Below, in pieces: positions 31,928-41,920 of a stretch of 64,000 nucleotides of DNA. Position 1 is the stretch's first letter; every line of letters starts with the position of its first letter. Below the pieces are notes generated by a model that was not told the origin of the DNA, searched no databases, and worked only from the letters and a program-made list of their open reading frames with translations. Source of the DNA: Gallionella sp. (GTDB lineage: Bacteria > Pseudomonadota > Gammaproteobacteria > Burkholderiales > Gallionellaceae); NCBI GenBank assembly GCA_031970715.1, contig DALYHV010000001.1, positions 9,251 to 73,250 of the forward strand, given 5' to 3'. The position numbers and the translations under genes are program-made.

Positions 31928-32824
31928 TTAGAAAGTTTGCCTGGCTTTGCCCAGCTTGCCGCGTAGTCCATCCCACAGACCATGCAAAATGGCCCGCAAT
32001 TTGCGGGGGGTTTCCGGTTCAAACCATACCATGGCCCAGGCACGCAACAAAATCAGGAAATTGCGGGTAATCCAGGCGGGAAAACGCCAGAAAAACGTGC
32101 GGTACATGTACAGGCTATTGCGCGTCAGGTAATAGCGGCGCAGCGCGCTGTGATTGCTGGTGTGTTTCAGGCGGTCAAAAATTTTCACCGGGGACGGTTC
32201 ACCAATGCAGTGCAACAGGCGCGCGGCTTTGATTTCCATGATTTTCAGGCCATGCGCATGGCAGCGCAGACAAAATTCGGTGTCCACATGGTCAATGAAG
32301 TAGGCTTCGTTGAACAAGCCCACCCGCTCGAAGGTGGACAGCTTTACCAGATTGCCAGAGGTCAGCACCACAAATACCTCCACCCACGGCAGCGCCGGAT
32401 CTTGTGGCAAGCGCATGGCCTCGCTGGTCAGGATCGCCCCGCTGCGTTGGTTGTGATAGCGCGGTGACAGGGCCGCGACGGTTTCGGGTTGCGGCATTTG
32501 CTGGTAAGTCGTCAGCAGGGTCGCCAGCATGTCCGGGCTGACCCGGCTGTCTTGATCGAAGGTGGCCAGCCAGGTGTGGCCTTGCTGGCGGGCATGTTCC
32601 ACCGCCAGATTCAGGGCGGCGGCGATGCCGATATTGTCTGGCAGGTGGCGCACTTGCGCCCCCAGGGCGGCGCAGCGTTGCAACAGGTCGGCACTGGCCG
32701 GGCCGGAGGCGTTGTCCATAATCAGCAATTCATCGACTTGTGGTCGCAAGGCGCGCACATTTGCCAGCAGCGCTTCGTTCGGGTGAAAGGACACAATGAC
32801 GGCACAAACGGTGGGCAAAGACAT
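31928..32824 (-). CDS. glycosyltransferase family 2 (rhamnosyltransferase-like), paralogue of 30095..30985
   Basis: 298 aa. IVSFHPN...LLIMDNAS...TFDQDS. Confidence 0.78.
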   Translation of the reverse strand: MSLPTVCAVIVSFHPNEALLANVRALRPQVDELLIMDNASGPASADLLQRCAALGAQVRHLPDNIGIAAALNLAVEHARQQGHTWLATFDQDSRVSPDMLATLLTTYQQMPQPETVAALSPRYHNQRSGAILTSEAMRLPQDPALPWVEVFVVLTSGNLVKLSTFERVGLFNEAYFIDHVDTEFCLRCHAHGLKIMEIKAARLLHCIGEPSPVKIFDRLKHTSNHSALRRYYLTRNSLYMYRTFFWRFPAWITRNFLILLRAWAMVWFEPETPRKLRAILHGLWDGLRGKLGKARQTF

Positions 32825-32839
32825 GAGTGGCTCCGGGAA

Positions 32840-33829
32840 TCAGCGGCTGAGTTGTTTCAAGCGGGTGTACAACTTGTGCAAGGGGCGGGGTGTCGATTGC
32901 AGCAGTCGCAGGCGCCATTTAAAGCCTAGGCTGCATGGCTGCAAGAAACCGGCAGACTGCATTTTGTCTTGTAGCGCACTGGCTAAGCGTGGGTAATCTG
33001 CCGGGTGATGTTTTTGTGCAATCAGCAGCAGGTTTTCATACAGCGGTTGCAGGTTGCGCTGTTGCCAGTCGTGCAACTCTGCGGGGCTGAGTACCTGTTG
33101 TGCCGCCGCGACGGTCAGCGCCTGGATGAAGGCATTCACGGCATTGACCAGATAGTGCTGATGGCGGCTCAGGCTGGCGACCAGATTGCCGGGATGATAG
33201 CGGTATAGTGCGGTGATTTCCGGCAGGCAGTACACATCTCCCAACAAACACATGCGCAAAAACAGTTCGGTATCCATGGCCAGCGACAGATCGTCCAGAA
33301 AAGCCCCTTGCTGGAGGGCTTCTGCCCGACGGAACAGGATGTTGCACAAGACAAAATCTTGCGGCAGCACCGTGCCACGCGACAGAAAGACTTCGCGCCC
33401 GGAGACCACGCCCCGGAACGGCAGATGCAATTCCACCTGTTTGCCGCTGTGTAGATGTTCGATGCAGGCATCGGCATAGGCCAGTACCACACGCGGGGTG
33501 AGATTTTCCATTACCGTGCGGATGTAATGCGGTGCCAGCAATTCGTCGTCGTCAGACAGCAGCATGAACCAGTCGCCGCTTGCGTATTCATACAGGCATT
33601 TGCGCCAGTTGCCACCCATGCCCAGATTTTCGGTCTGCTGGTAAAACTTCAGGCGCGGGTCACTGAGATAAGGGGCCAGCACCGGCAACAAACAGGTGCT
33701 GGATGCATTGTCCGAGACGATGACTTCCAGGTTCGGGTAATCCTGACGCAGTGCACTTTCCACCGCTTTGGGCAGAAAATCCGGGCGGTTGTAGGTGGGA
33801 ATGAGAATGGAAACTTTGGGGGTGGTCAC
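32840..33829 (-). CDS. glycosyltransferase family 2
   Basis: 329 aa. VSILIPTYNRPDFLPKAVESALRQDYPNLEVIVSDNAS and LLSDDDEL (DxD) blocks. Confidence 0.8.
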   Translation of the reverse strand: MTTPKVSILIPTYNRPDFLPKAVESALRQDYPNLEVIVSDNASSTCLLPVLAPYLSDPRLKFYQQTENLGMGGNWRKCLYEYASGDWFMLLSDDDELLAPHYIRTVMENLTPRVVLAYADACIEHLHSGKQVELHLPFRGVVSGREVFLSRGTVLPQDFVLCNILFRRAEALQQGAFLDDLSLAMDTELFLRMCLLGDVYCLPEITALYRYHPGNLVASLSRHQHYLVNAVNAFIQALTVAAAQQVLSPAELHDWQQRNLQPLYENLLLIAQKHHPADYPRLASALQDKMQSAGFLQPCSLGFKWRLRLLQSTPRPLHKLYTRLKQLSR

Positions 33830-33850
33830 GGAAAAATCCTGCGAAGTGCT

Positions 33851-35245
33851 TTAACGAAGGGGATGCAGTCCTTGCGACAGCAATTGGCCAAGGGAGCATT
33901 GCATCTGACGTAGGGCCAGGCGCGGCCACTGCCAGTTGTTGTAGGCCAATTGTACCAAGCCTTGTGCGCTAATCATGCCCAGTAGCCCCCATCCCAGCCA
34001 TTGAATACTGAGCAGTCCGCCGCTGACGATGGCCATCCCCGACAGCAGGGCGGCCTTGACGAAGGGGACTTGGTTCAGCGTGGTGAGGTAGGTGGCGAAC
34101 AGGCTGTGGTTGAGTTCCAGTAGCAGAATTGCGGCCAATAGCGCCAATTCCAGTGGCGCGAGCAAGTGGGTTTTGCTGCCCAACAGGTGCAGCAAGTCAT
34201 TGCCTAGCCACAGCAGCAACAAGGCGCTACCGCCGTAAATCAGCCAGCCGGCGATCAGTGCCACAGCGAAGTGATGCCGGGCGTGGTGGGCTTGTCCATG
34301 AATATGGCTGGCGCTGATCTGCGGCAATTTCAGCCCCAGTGCCACGTTGGCAAAGGCGGTGGCGGTCATCAAGACTTGCAGGGTCAGGCCATAGCTGGCG
34401 GCGACACCCAGTCCCAGCAGGCTACTGGCCAGCAGCATATTGGCGCGGTTGATGAGAAATGCGCCCAGACTGACCCAACCCAGTTTGCTGGCGTTGTGCC
34501 AGAGCACGGCCAGCAGCGGGTTATGGTCGGGTGTGTTGGCTTGGCGCAGCGGTTGGGTTTCTGGCGCTTGCCAGAAAAAATGCCGTGCCAGGACGCGGCT
34601 GATGAGGCAGGAAAACAGCGAGGCGATCCCCAAACCCGGCAACCCCCAGTCCAGCATGAGCAGCAGGCTGCCCAGGATGAGCATGCTGGCACGATTGGCG
34701 ACTTGCACCTGATTGGCGGCGGTGACCTGTCCGCGTCCTTGCAAAAAGCCGTTGAAATAGCCGTAGTAAAAGTTGAAGACATAGCCCAGCGCAAACGTCA
34801 CCCAAGCCCATAGCAGCGTACTGCTTGGCAGGTTGTCGGGGCGCAGGCTGAGGAGATAAAACGTGCCGGGGAGCAAAAACGCCAGTGCCGCCAGTGCCGC
34901 AATGTTGCGATAGACCTTGCGGGCCGCAAAAAATAGTTGTTGCAGCAAGGCCGGGTTGAGCTGGCCAGGGGAGGTGTTGGCGGCGTGACCACTGGCCACG
35001 AGCTGCTGTGCCCCGGCGTAGACATAGGCCACGTTGCGGCTAATGGTGGGTTGAAAGCCCAGTTCCAGCAATTGCACCAGACTGGACAGGGTGATGAAGA
35101 CGAACCACAGGCCAAGCTGTTCATTCGGCAGATAGCGCAAGGCGGCGGGCAGCAGAATCAGCCCGGCGGCCACGCTCAAGCCTTGTGCGGCCAGCCCCCA
35201 CAGCATGTCGCGGCGGAAGCGACCCGATGCAATGCGTTCAGTCAT
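33851..35245 (-). CDS. wzx: Wzx-like polysaccharide/O-antigen flippase (polytopic membrane protein)
   Basis: Start moved to the ATG at 35245 (MTERIASGRFRRDMLWGLAAQG...). 464 aa with many hydrophobic spans, located in a sugar operon. The assignment is by architecture and is tentative. Confidence 0.65.
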   Translation of the reverse strand: MTERIASGRFRRDMLWGLAAQGLSVAAGLILLPAALRYLPNEQLGLWFVFITLSSLVQLLELGFQPTISRNVAYVYAGAQQLVASGHAANTSPGQLNPALLQQLFFAARKVYRNIAALAALAFLLPGTFYLLSLRPDNLPSSTLLWAWVTFALGYVFNFYYGYFNGFLQGRGQVTAANQVQVANRASMLILGSLLLMLDWGLPGLGIASLFSCLISRVLARHFFWQAPETQPLRQANTPDHNPLLAVLWHNASKLGWVSLGAFLINRANMLLASSLLGLGVAASYGLTLQVLMTATAFANVALGLKLPQISASHIHGQAHHARHHFAVALIAGWLIYGGSALLLLWLGNDLLHLLGSKTHLLAPLELALLAAILLLELNHSLFATYLTTLNQVPFVKAALLSGMAIVSGGLLSIQWLGWGLLGMISAQGLVQLAYNNWQWPRLALRQMQCSLGQLLSQGLHPLR

Positions 35246-36146
35246 GTGTTGCGTGGACGCGGCGCATGCCTTCCGCCAGCGCAATGCGGGGTTGCCAGCC
35301 GGGTACGGGCTGGCCGCTGTGCCAAGGTTGCATGACTTCGCGTGGCCGATAGGGCCGTGCGCCCCAGTTGATTGGCACGTTTTGTCCGGTGACTTGGGCA
35401 TACAGCGCCACCAAGTCTTTTAGCGGCAACGGTTGGCCGGACGACACGGCGTAACTTTCGTGCCCTTGCGCCAAGTCATTCAGCAAGCGTTGCGCGGCCA
35501 ATTGGTAGGCGGCACATACGTCGTCAATGTGCACGATGTCGATCAACTGCTCTCCGGCAGACATGTCCAGCGGCTGCCCGGCCTGCGCGGTTTTTTGCAA
35601 CAGGTGAAACAGCTTGGGGCGCGGATCCGCCGGGCCGTAGGTGTCGAACAACTTCAGGGTAATCGCTCGCAATCCATGCGCTGCTACGTAGTACTGCAAC
35701 ACCGCTTCAAAGGCTTGCTTGGTGGCGGCATACAGGCAGACCGGGTTGTAGTCGGCATTCTGGTAATGCTGCCAGGAGGTGCCGGTATTCATCAGCCGCG
35801 TCACGCCATGTACTTGCATGGCTTCCAGCAATTGGCTGCCGAACAACACATTGCTGGCCATCAGCGGTGCGACATCGCGGCTTTGGTGCTGCGACAAAAA
35901 CAGCGAGGCCAAGTGAAACACCACCGTCGGGCGACTGTCCGCCACCGCCTGCAACACGCTGTCGGTGCTGCCGTCATAAGCGTGGCGCTGGCAGGGCACG
36001 TCGTTCAGTAGTGCGGGTAGCACCGAGTTAGGCCGGGTCAGCAGATGAATTTGCCAGCCCTGTTGTTGCAAATGGCGCGCCAGATGACTGCCGACAAAAC
36101 CGCTGGCACCGGTGATGAGCGCGATGGGGGCGGGATTATTCAGCAT
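35238..36146 (-). CDS. SDR-family NAD(P)-dependent sugar-nucleotide reductase (CDP-dideoxyhexose 4-reductase-like)
   Basis: Start moved to the ATG at 36146 (MLNNPAPIALITGASGFVGSHL...). YAATK (YxxxK) catalytic motif. Follows the RmlC-like gene. Confidence 0.7.
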   Translation of the reverse strand: MLNNPAPIALITGASGFVGSHLARHLQQQGWQIHLLTRPNSVLPALLNDVPCQRHAYDGSTDSVLQAVADSRPTVVFHLASLFLSQHQSRDVAPLMASNVLFGSQLLEAMQVHGVTRLMNTGTSWQHYQNADYNPVCLYAATKQAFEAVLQYYVAAHGLRAITLKLFDTYGPADPRPKLFHLLQKTAQAGQPLDMSAGEQLIDIVHIDDVCAAYQLAAQRLLNDLAQGHESYAVSSGQPLPLKDLVALYAQVTGQNVPINWGARPYRPREVMQPWHSGQPVPGWQPRIALAEGMRRVHATHD

Positions 36147-36690
36147 CACGGAACGGGCTGACAAACTCAGCCAAGGTGGGGAATTGTTGATCGCGTTCCG
36201 ACAAAATCGGCGCGGCATCCTCCGGCCAGGCAATCCCGGCGCTGTTCCACAAAATCCCGGCATCGTGCTGCGGGGCGTATACCGTGCTGACCTGATACAC
36301 CAAAGTGGCCTGCTCGCTGCGGGTGTAAAAGCCGTGTGCCATGCCCGCAGGAATGTACACGCTGTTACCTTGTTCGGCACTCAGCTCGAACAGTGCATGC
36401 TGGCCATACGTCGGTGAACCAACGCGCAAATCCACCACCACGTCCAATACAGCCCCGGCCACGCAGTACACCAGTTTGGTGTGCGCCATGGGGGGCGTCT
36501 GGAAATGCAAGCCGCGTATTACCCCGCGTTGTGACACGGAGTAATAGCTTTCGGCAAACTGGTCACACAGCCCCAGTTGCTGAAACGCCGCCGCGTGAAA
36601 GGTTTTGACAAAGCGCCCGCGCGCATCGCTGAGGACGCGCGGTTGGAGTTCAACGCAGCCGGGCAGGGCGCTGGGAAGGCGCTGGAACAC
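36136..36690 (-). CDS. RmlC-like cupin sugar-nucleotide 3,5-(or 5-)epimerase
   Basis: 184 aa. DARGRFVKTF...RGLHFQ...KLVYCVAGAVLDVVVDLR...IPAGMAHGF, typical of the dTDP-4-dehydrorhamnose 3,5-epimerase family. Confidence 0.82.
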   Translation of the reverse strand: MFQRLPSALPGCVELQPRVLSDARGRFVKTFHAAAFQQLGLCDQFAESYYSVSQRGVIRGLHFQTPPMAHTKLVYCVAGAVLDVVVDLRVGSPTYGQHALFELSAEQGNSVYIPAGMAHGFYTRSEQATLVYQVSTVYAPQHDAGILWNSAGIAWPEDAAPILSERDQQFPTLAEFVSPFRDAE

Positions 36691-36691
36691 G

Positions 36692-38011
36692 TTAGAAATT
36701 CACGCCGAAGAAGGTTTCGATTTTGTCCACCACGAAACTCAGCATCTCTTCGCTCAAGCCGGGGTAAACGCCGATCCAGAAGGTGTTGTTCATCACGTTG
36801 TCGGTGTGGCTCAACTCGCCGCTGATGCGATATTCGCGGTTGGCGAAATAGGGCTGACGGGTCAGGTTGCCAGCGAACAACAAACGGGTGCCGATTTTGT
36901 GTTGATCCAGGTATTGCAGCAATTCCACCCGTGCCACGCCCGCGTTGTCGCGCAGGGTCAGCGGGAAGCCGAACCAGGAGGGTTCGCTGTTGGGCGTGGC
37001 TTCTGGCAGCACCAGGAATTCGGCGCAGGTTTGCAGCCGTTCCTTGAGGAAGGCGAAATTGCGCTGGCGGGCCGCGATGAAGTCCGGCAAACGATCCATT
37101 TGCGCCAAGGCACAGGCAGCCTGCATGTCGGTGATCTTCAGGTTGTAGCCCAAGTGAGAATAGGTGTACTTGTGGTCATAACCCATGGGCAAGGAGCCGA
37201 GTTTCTGGCCGAAACGCTTGCCGCAGGTGTTGTCGCAGCCGGGGGCGCAATAGCAGTCACGGCCCCAGTCGCGGAAGGATTCGATGATGCCGCGCAGCTC
37301 GCGGTCGTTGGTAAACACCATGCCGCCTTCGCCCATGGTGATGTGGTGGGCGGGGTAGAAGCTACAGGTGGCGATGTGGCCAAAGGTGCCGACGTGCTGG
37401 CCGTTGTAGCGCGAACCCAGCGCGTCGCAGCAATCTTCAATCACCCACAGGTTGTGCTGCTTGGCGATGGCCATGACGGCATCCAGATCGAAGGGGTTGC
37501 CCAGGGTGTGGGCAATCATGATGGCGCGGGTTTTGTCGCTGACGGCGGCGGCGATTTTGGTCGGGTCGATGTTGTAGGTGGGAATGTCCACATCCACGAA
37601 CACCGGCACCATGCCGTTTTGTAGCATCGGGTTGACGGTGGTGGGGAAACCTGCGGCCACGGTAATTACTTCATCGCCGGGTTGCAGGGCGCGTGCGCCT
37701 AGCTTGTGCGAGGTCAGTGCGGTAAAGGCCAGCAGGTTGGCGGAAGAGCCGGAGGTGGTGGTCAGGGCGTAATCCACACCGACAAATTCGGCAAAGCGTT
37801 TTTCAAAGGCTTCGTTGAAGCGCCCGGTGGTCAGCCAGCCGTCCAGTGAGGCTTCCACCATGTGTTGCAGCTCGGCGGCACCGAGTACTTTGCCGGAAGG
37901 TGGAACGGTGGTTTTGCCACCCTCAAACGTGGTGGGGGCGTAGGCGAGTTCGGCGTATTGCGCCACCAGATCGGCGATCTGGCTGCGGAGTTGTTCTTTG
38001 CTGGCAGTCAT
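36692..38011 (-). CDS. rfbH: RfbH/DdhC-type PLP/PMP-dependent CDP-4-keto-6-deoxyglucose 3-dehydrase (DegT/DnrJ/EryC1 family)
   Basis: 439 aa. Long N-terminal extension, SGSSANLLA, and Cys-rich [15 protein letters not shown] segment characteristic of RfbH-type E1 enzymes (from memory). Confidence 0.82.
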   Translation of the reverse strand: MTASKEQLRSQIADLVAQYAELAYAPTTFEGGKTTVPPSGKVLGAAELQHMVEASLDGWLTTGRFNEAFEKRFAEFVGVDYALTTTSGSSANLLAFTALTSHKLGARALQPGDEVITVAAGFPTTVNPMLQNGMVPVFVDVDIPTYNIDPTKIAAAVSDKTRAIMIAHTLGNPFDLDAVMAIAKQHNLWVIEDCCDALGSRYNGQHVGTFGHIATCSFYPAHHITMGEGGMVFTNDRELRGIIESFRDWGRDCYCAPGCDNTCGKRFGQKLGSLPMGYDHKYTYSHLGYNLKITDMQAACALAQMDRLPDFIAARQRNFAFLKERLQTCAEFLVLPEATPNSEPSWFGFPLTLRDNAGVARVELLQYLDQHKIGTRLLFAGNLTRQPYFANREYRISGELSHTDNVMNNTFWIGVYPGLSEEMLSFVVDKIETFFGVNF

Positions 38012-38014
38012 GAT

Positions 38015-39079
38015 TCAGTTCGCGGTGTAGTGTTGGATTTGTTGCAGGGTGAAGGCGCGCATGTCGGCCCCCTTTTGATAAGTGCGTTGCCATTCGATGA
38101 TGGCGCGCAGGGCATCGGCCAGTGACCAGCGTGGTTGCCAGTGCAAACGCATTTTGGCCTTGGAGCAGTCCAGTTTGAGGTAATGCGCTTCATGCGGATG
38201 CTGGCCGGGATCGACTTGCCAACTGGCTCCGTCCCCCCAGCTTGCGGTTAGCTGTTCGACAATCCATTGCACGGGCTGGGCATCCTGTTCCGCCGGGCCA
38301 AAGTTCCAGCCTTCCGCCCAGGCCGCACCTTCGGCATACAGCTTTTCAGCCAGTTGCAAATAGCCGGACAGTGGCTCCAGTACGTGTTGCCAAGGGCGTA
38401 TGGCATGTGGGCTGCGGATGCGCACGGGTTGCCCGGCGCTGATGGCGCGCAGGATGTCGGGAATCAGGCGGTCTTCCGCCCAGTCACCGCCGCCAATCAC
38501 ATTCCCGGCGCGGGCCGAGGCAATCGCCACGCCGTGCTGGGCATACTGTTCGGGATGGAAAAAGGAGTTGCGATAGGCACTGGTCACCAATTCGGCGCAA
38601 CCCTTGCTGTTGCTATAGGGATCGTAGCCGCCCATGGCTTCGTTTTCGCGGTAGCCCCACACCCATTCGCGGTTTTCGTAGCATTTGTCGCTAGTCACAT
38701 TGACCACCGCTTTGACGCTGGGGGTGTGGCGTATCGCTTCCAGCAGATGCACCGAGCCCATGACGTTGGTGGCGTAGGTTTCCACCGGCGCGTGGTAGGA
38801 ATAGCGCACCAGCGCTTGGGCGGCCAAGTGCAGCACGATGTCCGGGCGGAAGTCCTGCATGGTTGCCTGCAAATGTGCCAAATCGCGCACATCGCCCATC
38901 ACGCTGGTCATGCCATCGGCCACACGGGCCACTTCAAATAAACTGGGCTGGCTGGGGGGCGGCAGGGCATAGCCCAATACCTCCGCACCCATGGATTGCA
39001 GCCACAGCGACAGCCAACTGCCCTTGAAACCGGTATGCCCGGTTAGAAATACCCGCTTGCCCTGCCAAAACGTATTCAT
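38015..39079 (-). CDS. rfbG: CDP-glucose 4,6-dehydratase
   Basis: Start moved to the ATG at 39079 ([27 protein letters not shown]). YSNSK catalytic motif. Confidence 0.88.
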   Translation of the reverse strand: MNTFWQGKRVFLTGHTGFKGSWLSLWLQSMGAEVLGYALPPPSQPSLFEVARVADGMTSVMGDVRDLAHLQATMQDFRPDIVLHLAAQALVRYSYHAPVETYATNVMGSVHLLEAIRHTPSVKAVVNVTSDKCYENREWVWGYRENEAMGGYDPYSNSKGCAELVTSAYRNSFFHPEQYAQHGVAIASARAGNVIGGGDWAEDRLIPDILRAISAGQPVRIRSPHAIRPWQHVLEPLSGYLQLAEKLYAEGAAWAEGWNFGPAEQDAQPVQWIVEQLTASWGDGASWQVDPGQHPHEAHYLKLDCSKAKMRLHWQPRWSLADALRAIIEWQRTYQKGADMRAFTLQQIQHYTAN

Positions 39080-39849
39080 GGCCACACCTTCCACGGCGCT
39101 TGGCCGGACTGCCACAATTCTTCCAGATGAATTTTGTCGCGCAGGGTGTCCATGGGTTGCCAGAAGCCGTGATGCTGGAAGGCGGCCAGTTGGCTTTCCT
39201 CGGCCAGTTTTTCCAGTGGTTCGCGTTCCCAGATGCTCATGTCATCAGAAATATAATCAATGACTTGTGGCGATAGAACAAAAAAACCGCCATTGATCAT
39301 GGCCCCGTCGCCTTGTGGTTTTTCGCGGAAACTGTTGACCTTGTTGCCGACCAAATCCAGTGCGCCAAAACGGCCTGGCGGAATGGTGGCAGTCAAGGTG
39401 GCCTTCACGCCTTGTGCCTTGTGAAAAGCCAGTGAAGCCGTAATGTCGATGTCGCCCACGCCGTCGCCGTAGGTAAAACAGAACGCCTCTTCATCCTTGA
39501 CATACTCGGCGACGCGCTTCAAACGACCACCGGTCAGGGTGTGTTCGCCGGTATCAATCAGGGTCACTTTCCACGGTTCTGCGTAACGTTGATGCACCTG
39601 CATTTCGTTGTTTTGCATGTCAAATGTGACATCCGAGGTGTGCAGGAAATAGTTGGCAAAGTATTCCTTGATGACATAGCCCTTGTAGCCGCAGCAGATG
39701 ATGAAATCATTCACGCCATGCGCGGAATAAATTTTCATGATGTGCCACAAAATCGGCTTGCCGCCAATCTCCACCATCGGTTTGGGACGGACGGAAGTTT
39801 CTTCACTGATGCGGGTGCCCAGACCTCCGGCAAGAATGACGGCTTTCAT
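39076..39849 (-). CDS. rfbF: glucose-1-phosphate cytidylyltransferase
   Basis: 257 aa. [41 protein letters not shown]. Confidence 0.9.
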   Translation of the reverse strand: MKAVILAGGLGTRISEETSVRPKPMVEIGGKPILWHIMKIYSAHGVNDFIICCGYKGYVIKEYFANYFLHTSDVTFDMQNNEMQVHQRYAEPWKVTLIDTGEHTLTGGRLKRVAEYVKDEEAFCFTYGDGVGDIDITASLAFHKAQGVKATLTATIPPGRFGALDLVGNKVNSFREKPQGDGAMINGGFFVLSPQVIDYISDDMSIWEREPLEKLAEESQLAAFQHHGFWQPMDTLRDKIHLEELWQSGQAPWKVWP

Positions 39850-39854
39850 ATGTT

Positions 39855-40808
39855 TTATCGCGCTTGATATTGAGCATAAACGGCAGCAATGCCGTCACGT
39901 AAGGAAATGCTGGCTTGCCAGCCAAGTTGACGCATTCTGGACACGTCCTGCAATTTGCGCAGCGTGCCATCGGGTTTGCTGGTGTCGAACACCAATTGGC
40001 CTTGGTAGCCGACGATGTCGCAAATCAAGGTTGCCAATTCACGGATGGTCAAATCTTCGCCGCAGCCGATATTGACTAAAGGCGGTGCGGTGTCGCTGAA
40101 CAGGCTTTGCAGGCGTGCTTCCGGTTGTTCCAGCAAATACAAACAGGCGGCGGCCATGTCATCGCTGTGCAGAAACTCGCGGCGTGGTTGTCCGGTGCCC
40201 CAGACCACCACCTCCGGCGCATCTGCCTGCTTGGCTTCGTGGATTTTACGAATCAGCGCGGGCAGGACGTGCGAATTGTTCAGATCGTAATTGTCGTTGG
40301 GGCCGTACAGGTTGGTGGGCATGGCGGCGACGTAGCGGGTGCCATATTGCCGGTTGTAAGCGTGACACATTTCAATACCCGCAATTTTAGCCAAGGCATA
40401 GGGGCTGTTGGTTGGCTCCAATGGGCCGGTCAGCAGATAGGCTTCCTGAATGGGTTGCGGGCAGTTTTTCGGGTAAATACAACTGGATCCCAAAAACAGC
40501 AAATTCTGCACGCCGTTGCGCCAGGCTTCGTGAATGACGTTGGTTTGAATCGCCAGATTGTCACGGATGAATTCCGCTGGGTAGGTGTTGTTGGCATGAA
40601 TGCCGCCCACCTTGGCCGCTGCCAGCAGCACGTAATCCGGTTTTTCCTGGGCAAAAAAGTCGCGCACCGCCGCCGCATCGGTCAGATCCAGTTCGGCATG
40701 GGTGCGGGTCAATAGGTTGTGATACCTCTTGTCTTGCAAGGCGCGTACCAGTGCCGAACCCACCAGTCCACGGTGCCCGGCGACGTAAATTTTGCTGTTG
40801 GGCTGCAT
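39855..40808 (-). CDS. fcl: GDP-L-fucose synthase
   Basis: 317 aa. [18 protein letters not shown] and NLYGPNDN blocks. Directly downstream of gmd. Confidence 0.9.
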   Translation of the reverse strand: MQPNSKIYVAGHRGLVGSALVRALQDKRYHNLLTRTHAELDLTDAAAVRDFFAQEKPDYVLLAAAKVGGIHANNTYPAEFIRDNLAIQTNVIHEAWRNGVQNLLFLGSSCIYPKNCPQPIQEAYLLTGPLEPTNSPYALAKIAGIEMCHAYNRQYGTRYVAAMPTNLYGPNDNYDLNNSHVLPALIRKIHEAKQADAPEVVVWGTGQPRREFLHSDDMAAACLYLLEQPEARLQSLFSDTAPPLVNIGCGEDLTIRELATLICDIVGYQGQLVFDTSKPDGTLRKLQDVSRMRQLGWQASISLRDGIAAVYAQYQAR

Positions 40809-40810
40809 GA

Positions 40811-41893
40811 TTATTCTTGATAGTTAGGGGCCGTGTAGCCGTGCTTTTTGACCAGCTCATCGCGCTCGGCAGACTTCAAATCCTCGCGCACCATTTCGCT
40901 GACCAACTCGTCGAAGCTGATTTTCGGTGTCCAGCCCAGCTTGATCTTGGCTTTAGTGGCATCGCCCAGCAGGGTTTCCACTTCAGTGGGGCGGAAATAA
41001 CGTGGGTCAACGGCGACCACGCATTTGCCGTGGCTGTCATAAGCCTTTTCATCCACGCCTTCGCCGTCCCAGCGCAAGGTCATGCCCAATTCCTTGGCCG
41101 CTGCGTTGACGAAATCGCGCACGCTGTATTGCACGCCGGTGGCGATCACGAAGTCTTCCGCTTGTTGCTGTTGCAACATCAGCCATTGCATTTCCACGTA
41201 GTCTTTGGCGTGGCCCCAGTCGCGCAACGCGTTCATGTTGCCCAAGAACAGACAGTCTTGCAGGCCCAGTTTGATGCGCGCCAAGGCGCGGGTGATTTTG
41301 CGCGTGACGAAGGTTTCGCCGCGCAGCGGGCTTTCGTGGTTGAACAAGATGCCGTTGCAGGCGTAAATGCCATACGCTTCTCGGTAGTTGACGGTAATCC
41401 AGTAGGCATACATCTTGGCCACGGCATACGGGCTGCGTGGATAGAAGGGCGTGGTTTCCTTTTGCGGGATTTCCTGCACCAGACCATACAGCTCGGAGGT
41501 CGAGGCTTGATAAAAGCGGGTTTTTTTGCTCAGACCGAGAATGCGAATCGCTTCCAGAATGCGCAGTGCGCCCAGTGCGTCGGAGTTGGCGGTGTATTCC
41601 GGCTCTTCAAACGACACGGCAACGTGGCTTTGCGCGGCCAGGTTGTAGATTTCGTCCGGCTGCACTTTTTGAATAATGTGCGTCAGGCTGGAAGAGTCGG
41701 TCATGTCGCCGTGATGCAAATGGAACGGGGCGTCTGGTTGCATCAGGTGGTCGATACGGGCGGTATTGAACAGCGAGCTGCGGCGCTTGATGCCGTGCAC
41801 TTCATAGCCCTTGTTCAACAGCAATTCAGCCAGATAAGCACCATCCTGACCGGTGGCACCGGTAATCAGGGCAACTTTGCGGGTTTGAGTCAT
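40811..41893 (-). CDS. gmd: GDP-mannose 4,6-dehydratase
   Basis: 360 aa. [29 protein letters not shown] and ILFNHESP blocks. Confidence 0.93.
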   Translation of the reverse strand: MTQTRKVALITGATGQDGAYLAELLLNKGYEVHGIKRRSSLFNTARIDHLMQPDAPFHLHHGDMTDSSSLTHIIQKVQPDEIYNLAAQSHVAVSFEEPEYTANSDALGALRILEAIRILGLSKKTRFYQASTSELYGLVQEIPQKETTPFYPRSPYAVAKMYAYWITVNYREAYGIYACNGILFNHESPLRGETFVTRKITRALARIKLGLQDCLFLGNMNALRDWGHAKDYVEMQWLMLQQQQAEDFVIATGVQYSVRDFVNAAAKELGMTLRWDGEGVDEKAYDSHGKCVVAVDPRYFRPTEVETLLGDATKAKIKLGWTPKISFDELVSEMVREDLKSAERDELVKKHGYTAPNYQE

Positions 41894-41920
41894 GCGAAAT
41901 TCCTTTTAATAGCGCTTTTG

